Shown here one piece after another: positions 9,434-20,000 of a stretch of 20,000 nt of DNA. The stretch comes from Catajapyx aquilonaris. Taxonomy: Eukaryota. The DNA lies in contig JYFJ02002401.1 in NCBI GenBank assembly GCA_000934665.2, forward strand, positions 45,771-65,770. The letters are read 5' to 3'. Position numbers and translations under genes: made by a program. How positions within the stretch are numbered: the first letter of the stretch is position 1; every line of letters starts with the position of its first letter. The notes beneath the pieces are model-generated. The model was not told the origin of the DNA. It searched no databases and was given only the letters and a program-made list of their open reading frames with translations.

Positions 9434-12400
9434 GTACAGTAGGCATACCACATATTGTTCACCAGCAATTGTTCAAAAACAACTCCTCTTCTGCTTGTAG
9501 GATTACCACCAGCACCTCCTGGAGCAGTGGTAGTTCCTCCTCCAGAGAGCAGCAGCCTGATGTCACCCATAACCGCTCCTCCTTCGGGGTTGCAGACCCC
9601 TTCCACTCCGCGCATCGACATCTCGTGTGCGAGCAGTTCCACCCACGACAGCGGAGGGAGTACTCCAGAGCGGGAACTTTTCTTTGGGTCAGGGTCGGGA
9701 GGGCCTCCACCCGGCGCGGGGGGTCAAGTTGGGCTCTGCTTCCAGGAAGAAGGAGCTGCAGATCTGCGGTCCAGCACTGAGGAACTGGACTTTGCGGAAG
9801 AGGATGAAAGGCAAAGGGCACTTGCGGCGCGAGATTCGGAACAAGAGCGGAGGGCGTCGGCTCCTGGGCTGCCCCGGTTGCTAAGGCGCACTCTGTTCAA
9901 GTATGAACTTGAGGCTCAAAGTGAGAAGGAAAGGAAAGGGTCAACTGCCTCTTCGACGGCCGGTGCTGTGGCTTGGAGCGATGGCCTGCTGCCTGTTAGT
10001 GGCCGCTCCAGCAGGTTGTCCTCAGTGGGCTCCAATCTTTCGGCACATTCTTCAACCGGGAAGAGGTCACCTTCGCCACACAAGATGATCTTGGAGACCT
10101 CGTTTTGTGGTAGCAAGCCCATAGCTACTCCTAGTGTCGACTTGGATTCACCTCCACCCGAATCCAAGCACGAGACGGAATTGTTGGAAAAAGCCTTGTT
10201 TAAGGCGGGTCTGCTGGGGCAGACAACACGACAGCAACCGCAGCAGCAGAAACCGCAATCGCCTCTCCCATCAGAAGTGGCCACTGCTTCCTCGTCCTCG
10301 ACCCCAACTTCCCCGAGATCATGGAGGAAGCCGTCCATCAAAGAGACCTGTGCTGCGCCTTCTCCCACGCTAGTCATGACCAAGCCCACAGACGTAAGTT
10401 TGTCGGTCATTACTTCAGCGAATGATCAATGCTGCTCGCAACTAAATTATTATGCTGGCATCTGTTTGATAGATTTACAATCTGTTAAGAGGAATGCATT
10501 TCAATACGTGTTATTCTAATTATATTTTTCTTGTTCATATTTTTTTTCATTTATTTTTTCCAAATATTTCACTTCAATTTACTCGGATTGTTTACTCTGT
10601 TCACTGTCTTGCTGTTTTGAATATTTTGTTATGTTAGTGACATGCGTATGAAATGGCAGTTTTGGGATACTTTTCTGTTGAAATAAGTTAAGGGAAAGAA
10701 AGCTGACCTGGGGATGACAGTAGCCAAATCCCAATATCATCCGTTTCAATCAAGAACTGTGAGCAATTTACATTTATATTATTTTGTTACTAATTGGAAA
10801 ATAAGACCATAAATACTAGCTACAACTTTCCTTTTATTTGACGTAACTTCAGTTTTAGATTTTTGTAATGCGAATACGGGCCCGCTTTAGTAAACATTAG
10901 TTATGTAGGTCTTGCACATTGAAAGGCATCTAGTGCACAACAAATTTTACGTTTTGGATTGCGTTCATAACTGCCAACAAATTATCTGCTTACAGTTCCG
11001 GGCTTCTCCATGACGCATGACTCTTTCAGTTGTCCTATTCTATACGAGCTACAGGCACGACGCTACTCATTTCAAGTCGTGTTTATCGATATGGAAGGTC
11101 TCTTTCTACGAATCTTGCGAATGCTTTCTTCTTCGTCCAACTACTCTGGGACACAGTTGGATGATTACTGTCCCTTGGGAAGCTAATCTTCTGGGAGCGA
11201 TTCAGCTGATGTCTGCAAATGAGAAGGTGAATGCCTTGGGCACCATTCCAAACCTCACGGAATCGATGAATCGTCATTCAATTCCACCAGACACTCTGTT
11301 AATTCCTAGCTGAGATAAATCGTACCTTTCCTTGCTCGTTACAGACAACTGTAACTGTGGAGGTTGGAGTCAGCATGGCGTCATCGCCGCCGGCCTCACC
11401 AAGGGAAGCTGTCTTGCGACCAGGAAGAAAGATATCTGTCCCGGAAGTTTCGGCTGCTCTGGCAGCCAAGCAGCAGAAAACACCTCAATTCCTGGGCTCT
11501 TCTCCACCGACGTCACCTCCACCGGCTCCCCCGACGACACCCAATGTAATTTCTTCCGGGGCAACACCATCGGCGTCGCCAAAGAGTGCTAGGCACTTCT
11601 TTCGCACAAGCAGACCTCAGGTCAGGGAAGACGATGATTATCCCATTCAGCCAGCTCAACTCCCCACCACCAGCGCCGTCACTACCAATGCGACCATCTC
11701 ATCTGCTGCCATTAGTGCCACCAGCAAGACGCCGTCACCTTTGCCCTCCCGAAAGAGCTCATTTAGTAGCATTTTCAAGAAGGGGCCTGCTGCTGCTGCA
11801 GCAGGGGATGGGACGCATCATCATCACCACCACCATCATCCTGCCAAGAGTCCTGAATCTCCCCCACCTTTGAAGCACCGTAGTTCCTTCACAAACCTCC
11901 TGAAGGAAGCTAGTGAGGGAATTCGGGAGGGGATTCGGTCCAGAAGCAAAAGTAGGGAGAGGACAGCAGCGGCAGAGCAGAGGCAGACATCACCGCCATC
12001 CTCCACATCTGCTAATCACAAGGTGAGGTGCATGCATGTTACAACATTTTGACACTATACACCCATGAACGTGGTGACTTGTGATCTGCAGGGCAAGAAA
12101 GAGACCAAAAACAAAAGCGTATTTTCGGCACTATTTAAAAAGAAGAGAAAAGGTGCCAGTAGTGCCAAACGTGCCGAAGAAGATGACGAAGACGGTGGAG
12201 AAGAGGAGGAATCTATGGGGACGCCATCCCCTGATCTCCGAGGGATTACGGGAGCAATATCACATGTAGAGTTTACCTTCAACTCTGAGGGTGAATATCA
12301 ATCCTCCGGTTTCAAGGACTTGCCTCCGGATAGGAGTCCGGAGCCCATGGCGGGACGTGTACGAAGGGTGTCTCTTGTAGGAGCAGGGACAGCTATGCTG

Positions 12401-15400
12401 TCTGACTCGGACGAGGGATATGCGCGGATCCAAGAAGTGTCGGAAACTCCACGGGCAGCCACCAGTCCCAGTCCAGCTCCGCGGCCCGCACCCATCCTGG
12501 AGCCACTCCAGATGACTCCTCTGGAAGAGGGAGACCGCCATTCTTCAGAGTCTGAAAAAGGACCGTCGTTGGAACCGGTCCCAGAAGAAAAGGCCAAAGC
12601 AGAAGGGGATCAAGAGGACCACGAAAGCAAAGGGTTGGTTCTTCAAGACTCCTTCGAAGACGGAGAGTTGCCATATGTGCCCACTACTCTGCCCCAGGAA
12701 CGTTCTGTGGCAGTGCCAATAATTCCTATACGCCAGCGAATCCTAGAGGTCAAAACCTGTCCCATCGAGCGGCCTAGAAGTTCCACGCCAATAAACCCTT
12801 GCAAGCTCGACGATTACCTGGGAAATTCTATAAAACCTCCTCCGTCCGCTCCCGGAAATGTCTTGTCCGACGAGAAAATGAAGATTTGTTTGCCCCGACA
12901 GGACTCGGCTGGACAAAGGTACGTCTTTTACAGAGTTGTCTGCACAGCATAAATTAATGTTGTGAGTGTTCTTTTATAATATTATGTGAGACACTTACGT
13001 TGCAGGAGTCCTCATCGACTGCCTTCCAAGAGTTGGACAGACTTCGCCGAAATGGGTCTTCGTAGCCCACGAGATCTTCGCAAGCTGCTTAGGGAGCAGA
13101 GTTCGGAAGCGGAAGACTTACCTCCACCTCGCCCTCCACAACCCACATCAGTGCAAGCAGAGACAGTGTCGTCGTCACCCCCTCCACCTCTTCCTCCCCG
13201 GATGCCCACCCGCCCTGCACCTCGCACCAACTGGGTCGACCCAGAAGAACTTCCAGAAGCCCCCAAAGCCCCTAAAAAACTTCCCCCACCCAAATCGCCA
13301 GCCGTGGCCACCACCTACGTAACAAGCGCCATCAGCAGCAGTACGACCACCACCACAGTGACCAACAGTGCCCCCCACCACCACTCTTCTTCATACCCTT
13401 CGGACCCTTCTCAGTGCCAGTGCGAGTGCCACGAAGCCAGTGCACCTTCTTCCTCAAGGACCGCCATGTTGGCCAACGGTGTGACCTTACCTGACAATGG
13501 TGCAATCGCCTCTGCTGTTCCAGCACGGCTCTCCTCTTCCTCTGTCGACGTCGAAGTGGACATGGCCACTGACGTCAGCTCTTACCACAGGTAGCCTACT
13601 GTTGTTTTTCATTCTGGATGTTACGTCACGACCACCTGAAGCCACTGACGGTGTGTGTGAATGTATACCTTGCCCCATTCCACCACACCCCAAGCTGTTG
13701 ATTCGTGTCTGATATTACGTGAGTGTGAATGGAGATGAGCCTAATTTTAGCGAACCGACCTTCGCAGCGACTCGTCCTTGGAGGAGGCTGGCTGTGACAA
13801 CAGCGACGGCGATTTGGAATACTCCTCCCTGCTCAAGCCCAATCGGCCGTTTGAAATGGACCTGGATGTCAGGAGCAATAGGAGCAGCATCGTTTCTCAG
13901 GTATGACCAGCTTGGAATTACGAATGTGGAGTGGAGTATATTTTTTTATTGGAGAACAATTTTTTTCCCTATCGCCTATACGATTCCGTTTCGTATGTTT
14001 CAAATTCGTCAGAATATATAAGTAATGAAGAAGCGGCTGGAAATGTGACATTTTTGTTAAGGTCATTTTCGATGACAGGTGCTACAAGCGATTCGCGTCA
14101 TATTAGGTCTCTTATGCATGATTTATATGGGTGATGGTAATTAATTAATACGGAATGTGTTACAGGGAATGTGTTGGAGCATAAAACTAGCCAGTCAAAG
14201 TTTATTATAACCATGGAGCAGCATTACATTTACAATTGAATGCTGAAAGCTACTGGAATATATTGTCCTTGGCCAGAAAAGCTGGGCATGGAAAAAATGT
14301 AATAAAAATGCAACGAAACGATGGCAGCAGTATTAAAAGTCGTGAGAATGAGAGAATGCACTCTAATTAATTGCTTCTACATGTGGCTAGCGTGAAACGG
14401 CACAGGAAAAAGGGACAACCCATTTCTCCAACGAGATTATTAAATTCGCCAGAGTCAAAGAGTATCTTCTTGCTTAAAGTTATCCCACAGGATGAAAAGT
14501 CACGTTCTGGCCCGATTGAAACATTTTTGTTGGATTCGTCTTAAGAATCTACGCACATGAAGTATTCTTTCTTTGTGCTCATGATGACAAACGGAAAAGG
14601 TCTTGCCTTGTAAGGGATGGAGCTCCGGAACTAGTGGTATTTGTCTATTAAGTTCTGTTAAGGAAGTTAGTGTGTTAAGTTCATCACCACTGATTCATAG
14701 TTTGCCTTCATGAAAGGCAAAAAGTACGATAGTTTAATATAAACATTCTCCCTTTAGCCTTTCGTGATTACAGACCCAAGTTCAGAAGGTTAGGGATACG
14801 CATGTCTCCACTTCCCTCTCCGGCACGGAAATGGGCATGATCACACACTCTGGTAATAATCGAAGTAAAAGAATATAACCTACATTTATTATAGTGCAAC
14901 ATCTTCTACTCTGCTTGCATTAATTAAGGTAGTTATGCCACCTGACAATATGTGGCAGAAATAGATGCAATATTAGTGCAATTAAGGAAATGAAAGTAGC
15001 AAAGGCTGCTCAAATGTGTGAATACAATAATTTTCAACTCATTTGGTAATTGCTTTTGAAAGTTTGGTTTATAACAACAACAACAACAACAACAATATGG
15101 AAGGATTGAGCCCTAAATTGAATTTTTAGTTTCTGACAGAGTGACTGTACAGTGTACAATGGTCGGGTATATACGTTACCTTAAGTAGACAAGGATCATG
15201 CTATAATACTACTTTCTCGCTCTAACACGCTTCCCCTCCTCCTCCGTAATAATAGACTGCATAGACATATAGTAGTATGTACGTAATTTACTAAGAAGAA
15301 AATTAGAAAGTGCATCCCGACACAGGCAGACATAAAGTTCTCAAAAACTTTCCGATGGAGGACTCCTATAAACAACTGTTAATTGAGTTAGAAATCACTT

Positions 15401-15754
15401 CCATAAGGTTGTCAAGATGCCCGTCTGTTTGATCTCTCAAAGGCGAAGAAGCATTTCAACTTGTCATTGATGTCGAAACTTAGCGAAGATGATGCGCCAG
15501 CTCATTTACAAAAGGAGTTTGCCAGTTTGCTGCCATCAACATCGCGACATTTCATTTACTATACAGTATAGTCGATTCATATCAACTGTAGTGCTTTATT
15601 ATTTTCTTGATTGGGTTCATGAGAGAAACGACAGATAATCCTCGCTTCTGAATAATAACAACAACAGCAACAACAACAACAACAACGATAATTAATAATA
15701 ATAATAATGATAATAATAATGATGATGATGATGATAATAATGATGATGATGATG

Positions 15755-15823
<69 letters not shown>

Positions 15824-15888
15824 TATTTCACTGGTGTTGACAGGACGAACCTCATTCGCCGGAAGAGACTTCTTCCAACGGCAACTGA
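9199..15888 (+). CDS. Spliced gene for an uncharacterised Ser/Pro-rich, mostly disordered protein of about 1131 aa: join(9199..9433,9501..10393,11345..12022,12092..12918,13006..13590,13768..13900,15844..15888)
   Basis: Long GC-rich plus-strand ORFs are separated by AT-rich gaps bounded by GT..AG. Intron phases (1,0,0,2,2,0) join the frames without stops; total 3396 nt. Motif islands include SPSPHKMILETSFCGSKP, LQDSFEDGELPYVPTTLPQERS, CPIERPRSSTPINP, SWTDFAEMGL, CQCECH and PFEMDLDVRSNRSSIVSQDE. Confidence 0.85.
9501..10393 (+). CDS. Coding exon 2 (GLPPAPP...VMTKPTD)
   Basis: A 67-nt intron ends ctcttctgcttgtag at 9500. The exon lies in the frame of ORF 9455..10519. Donor GAC|gtaagt at 10393/10394, phase 0. 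Confidence 0.9.
11345..12022 (+). CDS. Coding exon 3 (TTVTVEVGVSMASSPP...SANHK), includes a poly-His run
   Basis: Acceptor ctttccttgctcgttacag ends at 11344. Frame of ORF 11357..12052. Donor AAG|gtgagg at 12022/12023, phase 0. Confidence 0.9.
12092..12918 (+). CDS. Coding exon 4 (GKKETKNK...DSAGQR) containing the QDSFEDGELPYVPTTLP block
   Basis: A 69-nt intron ends ctgcag at 12091. Frame of ORF 12065..12952. Donor AAG|gtacgt at 12918/12919, phase 2. Confidence 0.9.
13006..13590 (+). CDS. Coding exon 5 (SPHRLPSKSWTDFAE...DVSSYH)
   Basis: An 87-nt intron ends ttacgttgcag at 13005. Frame of ORF 12986..13594. Donor CAG|gtagcc at 13590/13591, phase 2. Confidence 0.87.
13768..13900 (+). CDS. Coding exon 6 (SDSSLEEAGCDNSDGDLEYSSLLKPNRPFEMDLDVRSNRSSIVSQ); not in the ORF track
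   Basis: Branch-like cctaat at 13740-13745. Acceptor ccttcgcag ends at 13767 and phase 2 matches exon 5. GC-rich codons. Donor CAG|gtatga at 13900/13901. Confidence 0.75.
14491..14544 (+). CDS. Alternative candidate terminal exon (DEKSRSGPIETFLLDSS*)
   Basis: Acceptor ttatcccacag ends at 14490 with an upstream cttaa branch-like site; phase 0 is compatible with exon 6. Confidence 0.3.
   Translation, partial: DEKSRSGPIETFLLDSS
15073..15095. repeat. (AAC)7 microsatellite
   Basis: Direct reading. Confidence 0.95.
15651..15822. repeat. Compound trinucleotide microsatellite (AAC)n/(AAT)n/(GAT)n
   Basis: Direct reading. Confidence 0.98.
15844..15888 (+). CDS. Probable terminal coding exon (DEPHSPEETSSNGN*)
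   Basis: Acceptor tgttgacag ends at 15843, phase 0. GC-rich, Ser/Pro/Glu composition matches the rest of the protein. Followed by UTR-like sequence. Confidence 0.6.
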   Translation, partial: DEPHSPEETSSNGN

Positions 15889-16090
15889 GGTGGTGGCCTT
15901 TTTTGCGAGTGGTCCCTTCATGGCAATACGCAAGATGAATGGGACCGCTCTCGATTACTCCCGGAGCCAGCAGCCAAAAAGTTCATTGCAGATGGCCGGA
16001 TCCATGTTGCAGCGAGCACTCTTCTATAATTATATATTAAAAGATGTCGCTCCCCAACCATCCCATCGCCTGTTTTTATAGTTTTGTGGT

Positions 16091-16123
16091 TGAATGATTG
16101 ATTGATTGACTGACTGACTGACT
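16091..16123. repeat. (TGAT)n(TGAC)n tetranucleotide microsatellite
   Basis: Direct reading. Confidence 0.9.
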
Positions 16124-16460
16124 CATTATTGATTGGCGCCATTCCACTCTGCACATCTCTACTGCCACCGGATCCGTCGCCTTCATTGGTGAGTCACCTA
16201 TTTACTTTGTCTATAATTATACACTGCATTCAAAAACTCCAAGCAAATTGCTCGGTGTGCAGTGCATGTGTTGAAATAAGCACCACCAGGAGTGGCACCA
16301 CTGGTAGCGTACACAGGCTGAATTCTCCAGGGATATTTAGTTTGTAAAATACATGATCAATCACTTCCATGCTATAGTTGCATATAAACTATAACATTTG
16401 CATAATCTGCCTTCGATACTGCCTTTGATATTCCACTGATCACTGGCCGACCAGTCTTAA
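16091..16460 (-). mobile_element. Possible highly decayed LINE 3' end with a (TCAA/TCAG)n tail
   Basis: Minus-strand fragments in shifting frames read LKTGR (about 16447-16461), RLCKC (16394-16408), EVIDHVF and ICLEFLNAVYNYRQSK* (stop 16198-16200), then a tetranucleotide tail at 16091-16123. The order resembles a LINE ORF2 C-terminus. Confidence 0.35.
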
Positions 16461-17726
16461 GAAGTTCAGAGAGTCATGAACTTATGATCATCAAGTTAGT
16501 ACAAGCACTACGATGAGGTTGTTATGCTTTCTATAGCTGCATGTGTGGGAGGATAAATGAGACATCCCAGGCAGCCGTGCATACCCGCATCTACCACAAT
16601 AGCAGAAGGAGCAGAAGTGCTTTTCCATTATATCAATCAGTCCATTAGAAATGGTGTCACCTGAGGCTGATCTGGAGAGGTCGTAGCCATATGCCAGCTA
16701 TTGTTCATAGGAATAGGTGACGGTCTATTGGATGGGGAGTCGCTGATTGTTCCAGGCCACTGGTGTCTAAGTAGCTTGACTTGAAATATAATTGGCTAAC
16801 TTTAAGTGGGGAGAGCCATGCTTTCTTGCGTGTGGGCGTTTTCGCCTGCCTTTTTCCCGTTTCCTCCATTTGTGAAAACCTAGTAGTACTTAATGAAGTG
16901 ACAATAAATCAAGTCGGATTATTTTCACAAAAAGGTTTCCTAAGAATCCACAGGTCTATCACTGGGTATCACATTATTTGTCTGACGACGAAGAAAAAAA
17001 AAACACTAGAAGGTGGACATAACGATGAACATTCACAATGAACAACATAATTGAAAATCTATAACTTAGGCAATGTATTATTTATTTGGCTTAATAATTA
17101 TTATGCCAGTTTTTGCCTAACATGTTATATTGAAAGTATATATAGCCCAGTATAATAATTATTGAAGTCATAATATATTCTAACTTCAGAATTTACCCAC
17201 AATATATTGCTCTGCAGAGCTTGAGTTACAAGGGCTTTCAGTCTCTCATGTCTAGTTTAAGGAAAGCAGGAGTGAGTACAATCTTGGTACAATGTTGTTA
17301 CGACAAAGTATGATGCTATTTTTTCCCAAACTGCTGGAATAGTAATTACTGTCAGGATATCTGAAAATAGTATATTATGCATTACTTTGAAGTCAGGGAA
17401 TGCTTTATTATCTGCTAATTTAGAGCTTTTCATTGTTTGCGTTAGTACAAGAGACACCTCATATAAAAGAAACCCTGTGAAAATGTCAAAATACAAAATT
17501 AAGTGGTGTCAATATAAAATATGAAATGCATTATCAGATTAAATGCAATAAAGGACGGATCATCGATATTAAGCGGGTCGGATTTCACCATCGAAGATAG
17601 ATTGGTGACCAAGAAGTTATACTGTTATTAATAATTGTTAGTTGAAATTGACTTCATTGTTTCAAACAATAAGCAGAAAGGATCATGAAAACTCTTCAGT
17701 CCGCAATCTAGAAATATTTCGGTGGA

Positions 17727-17960
17727 ACAATATTGGGCCTATAGAGCAACTTCCCAAAACATGCCATAACACAATCATCTTTGCAACAAGTGTAGTGTCA
17801 CTTCCCCCAAAACATGTCATAATACAATCAATCATCTTAGAAACTAGTTGTGTTACAATATTGGGCAGAGAGCAACTTCCCAAAACTTTCACACAATACA
17901 ATCATAATTGAAATACATCATAATGCAGTACAATCATCTTAGCAACAAGTAGTGTCACTA
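17727..17960. repeat. Degenerate tandem repeat, about two copies offset by 128 bp, with internal sub-repeats
   Basis: acaatattgggc...agagcaacttcccaaaac starts at 17727 and 17855. caatcatctt(t/a)gcaacaagt..gtgtcact recurs, and acaatca appears several times. Confidence 0.8.
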
Positions 17961-18225
17961 TAGATCAGTGACACTACTTCTTTCTGAAATCGATTACTGC
18001 ACGGAGTTACATTACAAGCACAAAAATCATGTAAGTTTTGTTTGCATACAATGCAACAGTAACTTACGGTTAGAGTGACGCGATAATTAAGCATAATTTG
18101 AGAAAAAAATGCTCATTGATCTAGATCTAGAATACAATCATTTCAGATGCAGTATGCTACTCTTATGACAAAACAAGTTTCGACATACGTATCGTGATAC
18201 TATACAAGTATAACCATCAGTACTC

Positions 18226-18243
18226 AACAACAACAACAACAAC
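18226..18243. repeat. (AAC)6 microsatellite
   Basis: Direct reading. Confidence 0.95.
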
Positions 18244-18945
18244 AGGACATTTCCTTATAAGGAGTAGTCAGCGATGAAGGAAGACGCAGGTTAACGCAAC
18301 ATATGAACCTCGATATGAACTAAAACCATCAGTAGGCTACTCGGCTACTCGCCCAAGGTGAGGTCAGTTGAAAAAAAAAACATTAGAGTGCTGATGTTTA
18401 TAAGTATAGCGCCAGGATACATTATTTTAGCAAAACTTTTTAATACAGATACTACGTAGATTTATCAATAATAATCACATACGCTACATGGAGGCATTGC
18501 AGGTGTCAGATAACAATCATATTCATGACACACTCACAGTTGACGCCTTACAATGTCTACTGCGCTAACAGTTTTCTAGTTTGCTAGAATACATATTATT
18601 TTACTCTATTTAAGGCCTTGGATGCCATTAGACCCTACGTTTTCTATTTTTCTGTTCTTTACTCCGGTTCACCTCGTATATCAGTGCAACATTTTTTTAT
18701 GAACCTTCTTAAAAATAAAGCCCTACTCTCTAGAGTCTAGAATAGTCTCCCCGATCTAAGTCCTATACGTCGGTAGCTGTCACATTGAAACATTTATTTT
18801 GCTTGTCCTCCCATAGCCGCACAATTCTCATCATACTATGTGTACAGTACGTACTGTATATACCATAGCCTACCCTTGCACCTGCTGTTTGAATCCGTTT
18901 ATTACAGAAGCGAGTTTGTATGATGATATTTAATGTGTTGCATTG

Positions 18946-19925
18946 GATCTAACGACGTTATCTTACGCGGATGACATAATTCTTTTGGCTGACAACCCCC
19001 TTTACTTGCAGAGGAACCTCAATGTTCTCGAGGAATATTTCGAAAATAATCACCTTAAGATTAACTTGAAAAAAAACGAAGGTCATGTTGTTCAAGAAGG
19101 CTGGTAGGCGGTCTAAACATAATTTCACTTGGGGGGGGGGGGGGNNGTTAAATTGGACCAAGGATTACACGTACTTGGGTGTCCCCTTTACATCATCAGG
19201 GAAATTCGTAACGGCAAGCAAGCATTTCAAATCTAAAGCAATTGCAGCGATTAACAGCATGTGGTCAGTGTTTTTGAGGCTCAAGGTGAGGGACATTTGC
19301 ACTGCTATAGGCTTTTTAACGCGCAAATGGTACCTATATCCTTTTGTATGGTTCCCAAATCTGGGGGCCTTCCCAGACTAAAGTAATAGATCAAGTTCAG
19401 AATTATTTTATTAAAAAATTTTTATGTTTGCCGCGGAACACTGCACAGTACTTTTTACACCTGGAGACGGGAGTTGCTCCCCTGTCTCTTGGCTACTTTA
19501 AGCTCCTTTGCAAGTTTGTGATTAAAATTCGAAGGATGCCGGAGGACAGATTGCCAAAAATTGCTTATCACGCTGCCTTGCGGGATGCTATGCGAACTGG
19601 GTGTGCTGGGTGCTAGATTTGCTGACACAAGTGGGAATTACGGATTGGGATTCCTTGGAAATATCTCTTTCCAGCGGGGTTCAAAAGTTTGCCGATCTCT
19701 TATTGGTTAAGAGTGAGCAAGCCCTATCTGTTTCGATGCGGTATGCTCATTATATACCTATTCCCCTCAATCACCCCCGCTTATTATATGTCTTACCTTT
19801 TGCCGATCAAAATCACGCGTATGCTAGCGAACCTACGTCACCAATCACCGAGTTTGTTTTTGTTGGGCCGGCCGCCGACTCCAATTTGACTATGTGGAGG
19901 CTTGTACTTGCTCTGATCTGAAAAT
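18946..19925 (+). mobile_element. 5'-truncated, frameshifted non-LTR retrotransposon (LINE) ORF2 remnant: RT C-terminal half and downstream region, RTE-X-like
   Basis: Translates as SYADDIILLA (YADD at 18964-18975)...LKINLKK / TKVMLFKKAGR...YTYLGVPFTSSGKF / YGSQIWG...IDQVQNYFIKKFLCLP...LETG...RMPEDRLPKIAY, with several frameshifts. Clade assignment is an inference and the ends are approximate. Confidence 0.9.
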
Positions 19926-20000
19926 ATTGGGACACCCCCAAAAAATGGAGTGGTGGGGTTATACACAGGATGTGATAAAAAGTTTCCATTAAGATTATCT

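Noticed and set aside
9264..13693. Numerous antisense and alternate-frame ORFs overlapping the gene
   Set aside because: Expected shadows of GC-rich, Ser/Pro-rich coding exons, with no independent splice or motif support.
13975..14015. Minus-strand CTGACGA…GAAAC hammerhead-like core
   Set aside because: No paired stem II between the motifs and no convincing stems I or III.
15577..16081. Poly-Ile/Met/Cys ORFs on both strands
   Set aside because: Translations of the trinucleotide microsatellite.
17727..17960. CRISPR-like repeat-spacer pattern
   Set aside because: The units are degenerate and irregular, the context is eukaryotic and there are no cas genes. It is an ordinary decayed tandem repeat.
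18843..18858. 16-bp palindrome tacagtacgtactgta
   Set aside because: Built from low-complexity ACAGT/GTAC words common throughout this window, with no functional context.
19960..20000. Tc1/mariner-like terminal repeat (tacacaggatgtgataaaaagtttcc)
   Set aside because: Only a resemblance; no partner repeat within the window.

Overview
AT-rich animal genomic DNA, probably arthropod/insect. The main feature is a plus-strand, 7-coding-exon gene (ATG 9199 to stop 15888, about 1131 aa) for a largely disordered Ser/Pro-rich protein with short ordered-looking motif islands. All six introns are GT-AG and frame-compatible. I cannot name the gene. The rest is intronic/intergenic DNA with a full-length tRNA-Cys-derived SINE (15-bp TSD), a 5'-truncated degenerate LINE (YADD reverse transcriptase), tiny TSD-flanked retro-insertions, short asymmetric palindromic elements and microsatellites. 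Most notable observations: (1) a perfect four-way junction, with no unpaired junction bases, inside the SINE body; (2) several competing C-terminal endings of the gene, including two candidate last exons both starting Asp-Glu, one with its branch-point window inside an (AAT)n microsatellite; (3) an upstream ORF in frame with the main ORF and separated from it by one UGA-C. No prokaryotic systems or CRISPR arrays were seen, and nothing here is a proven new system.
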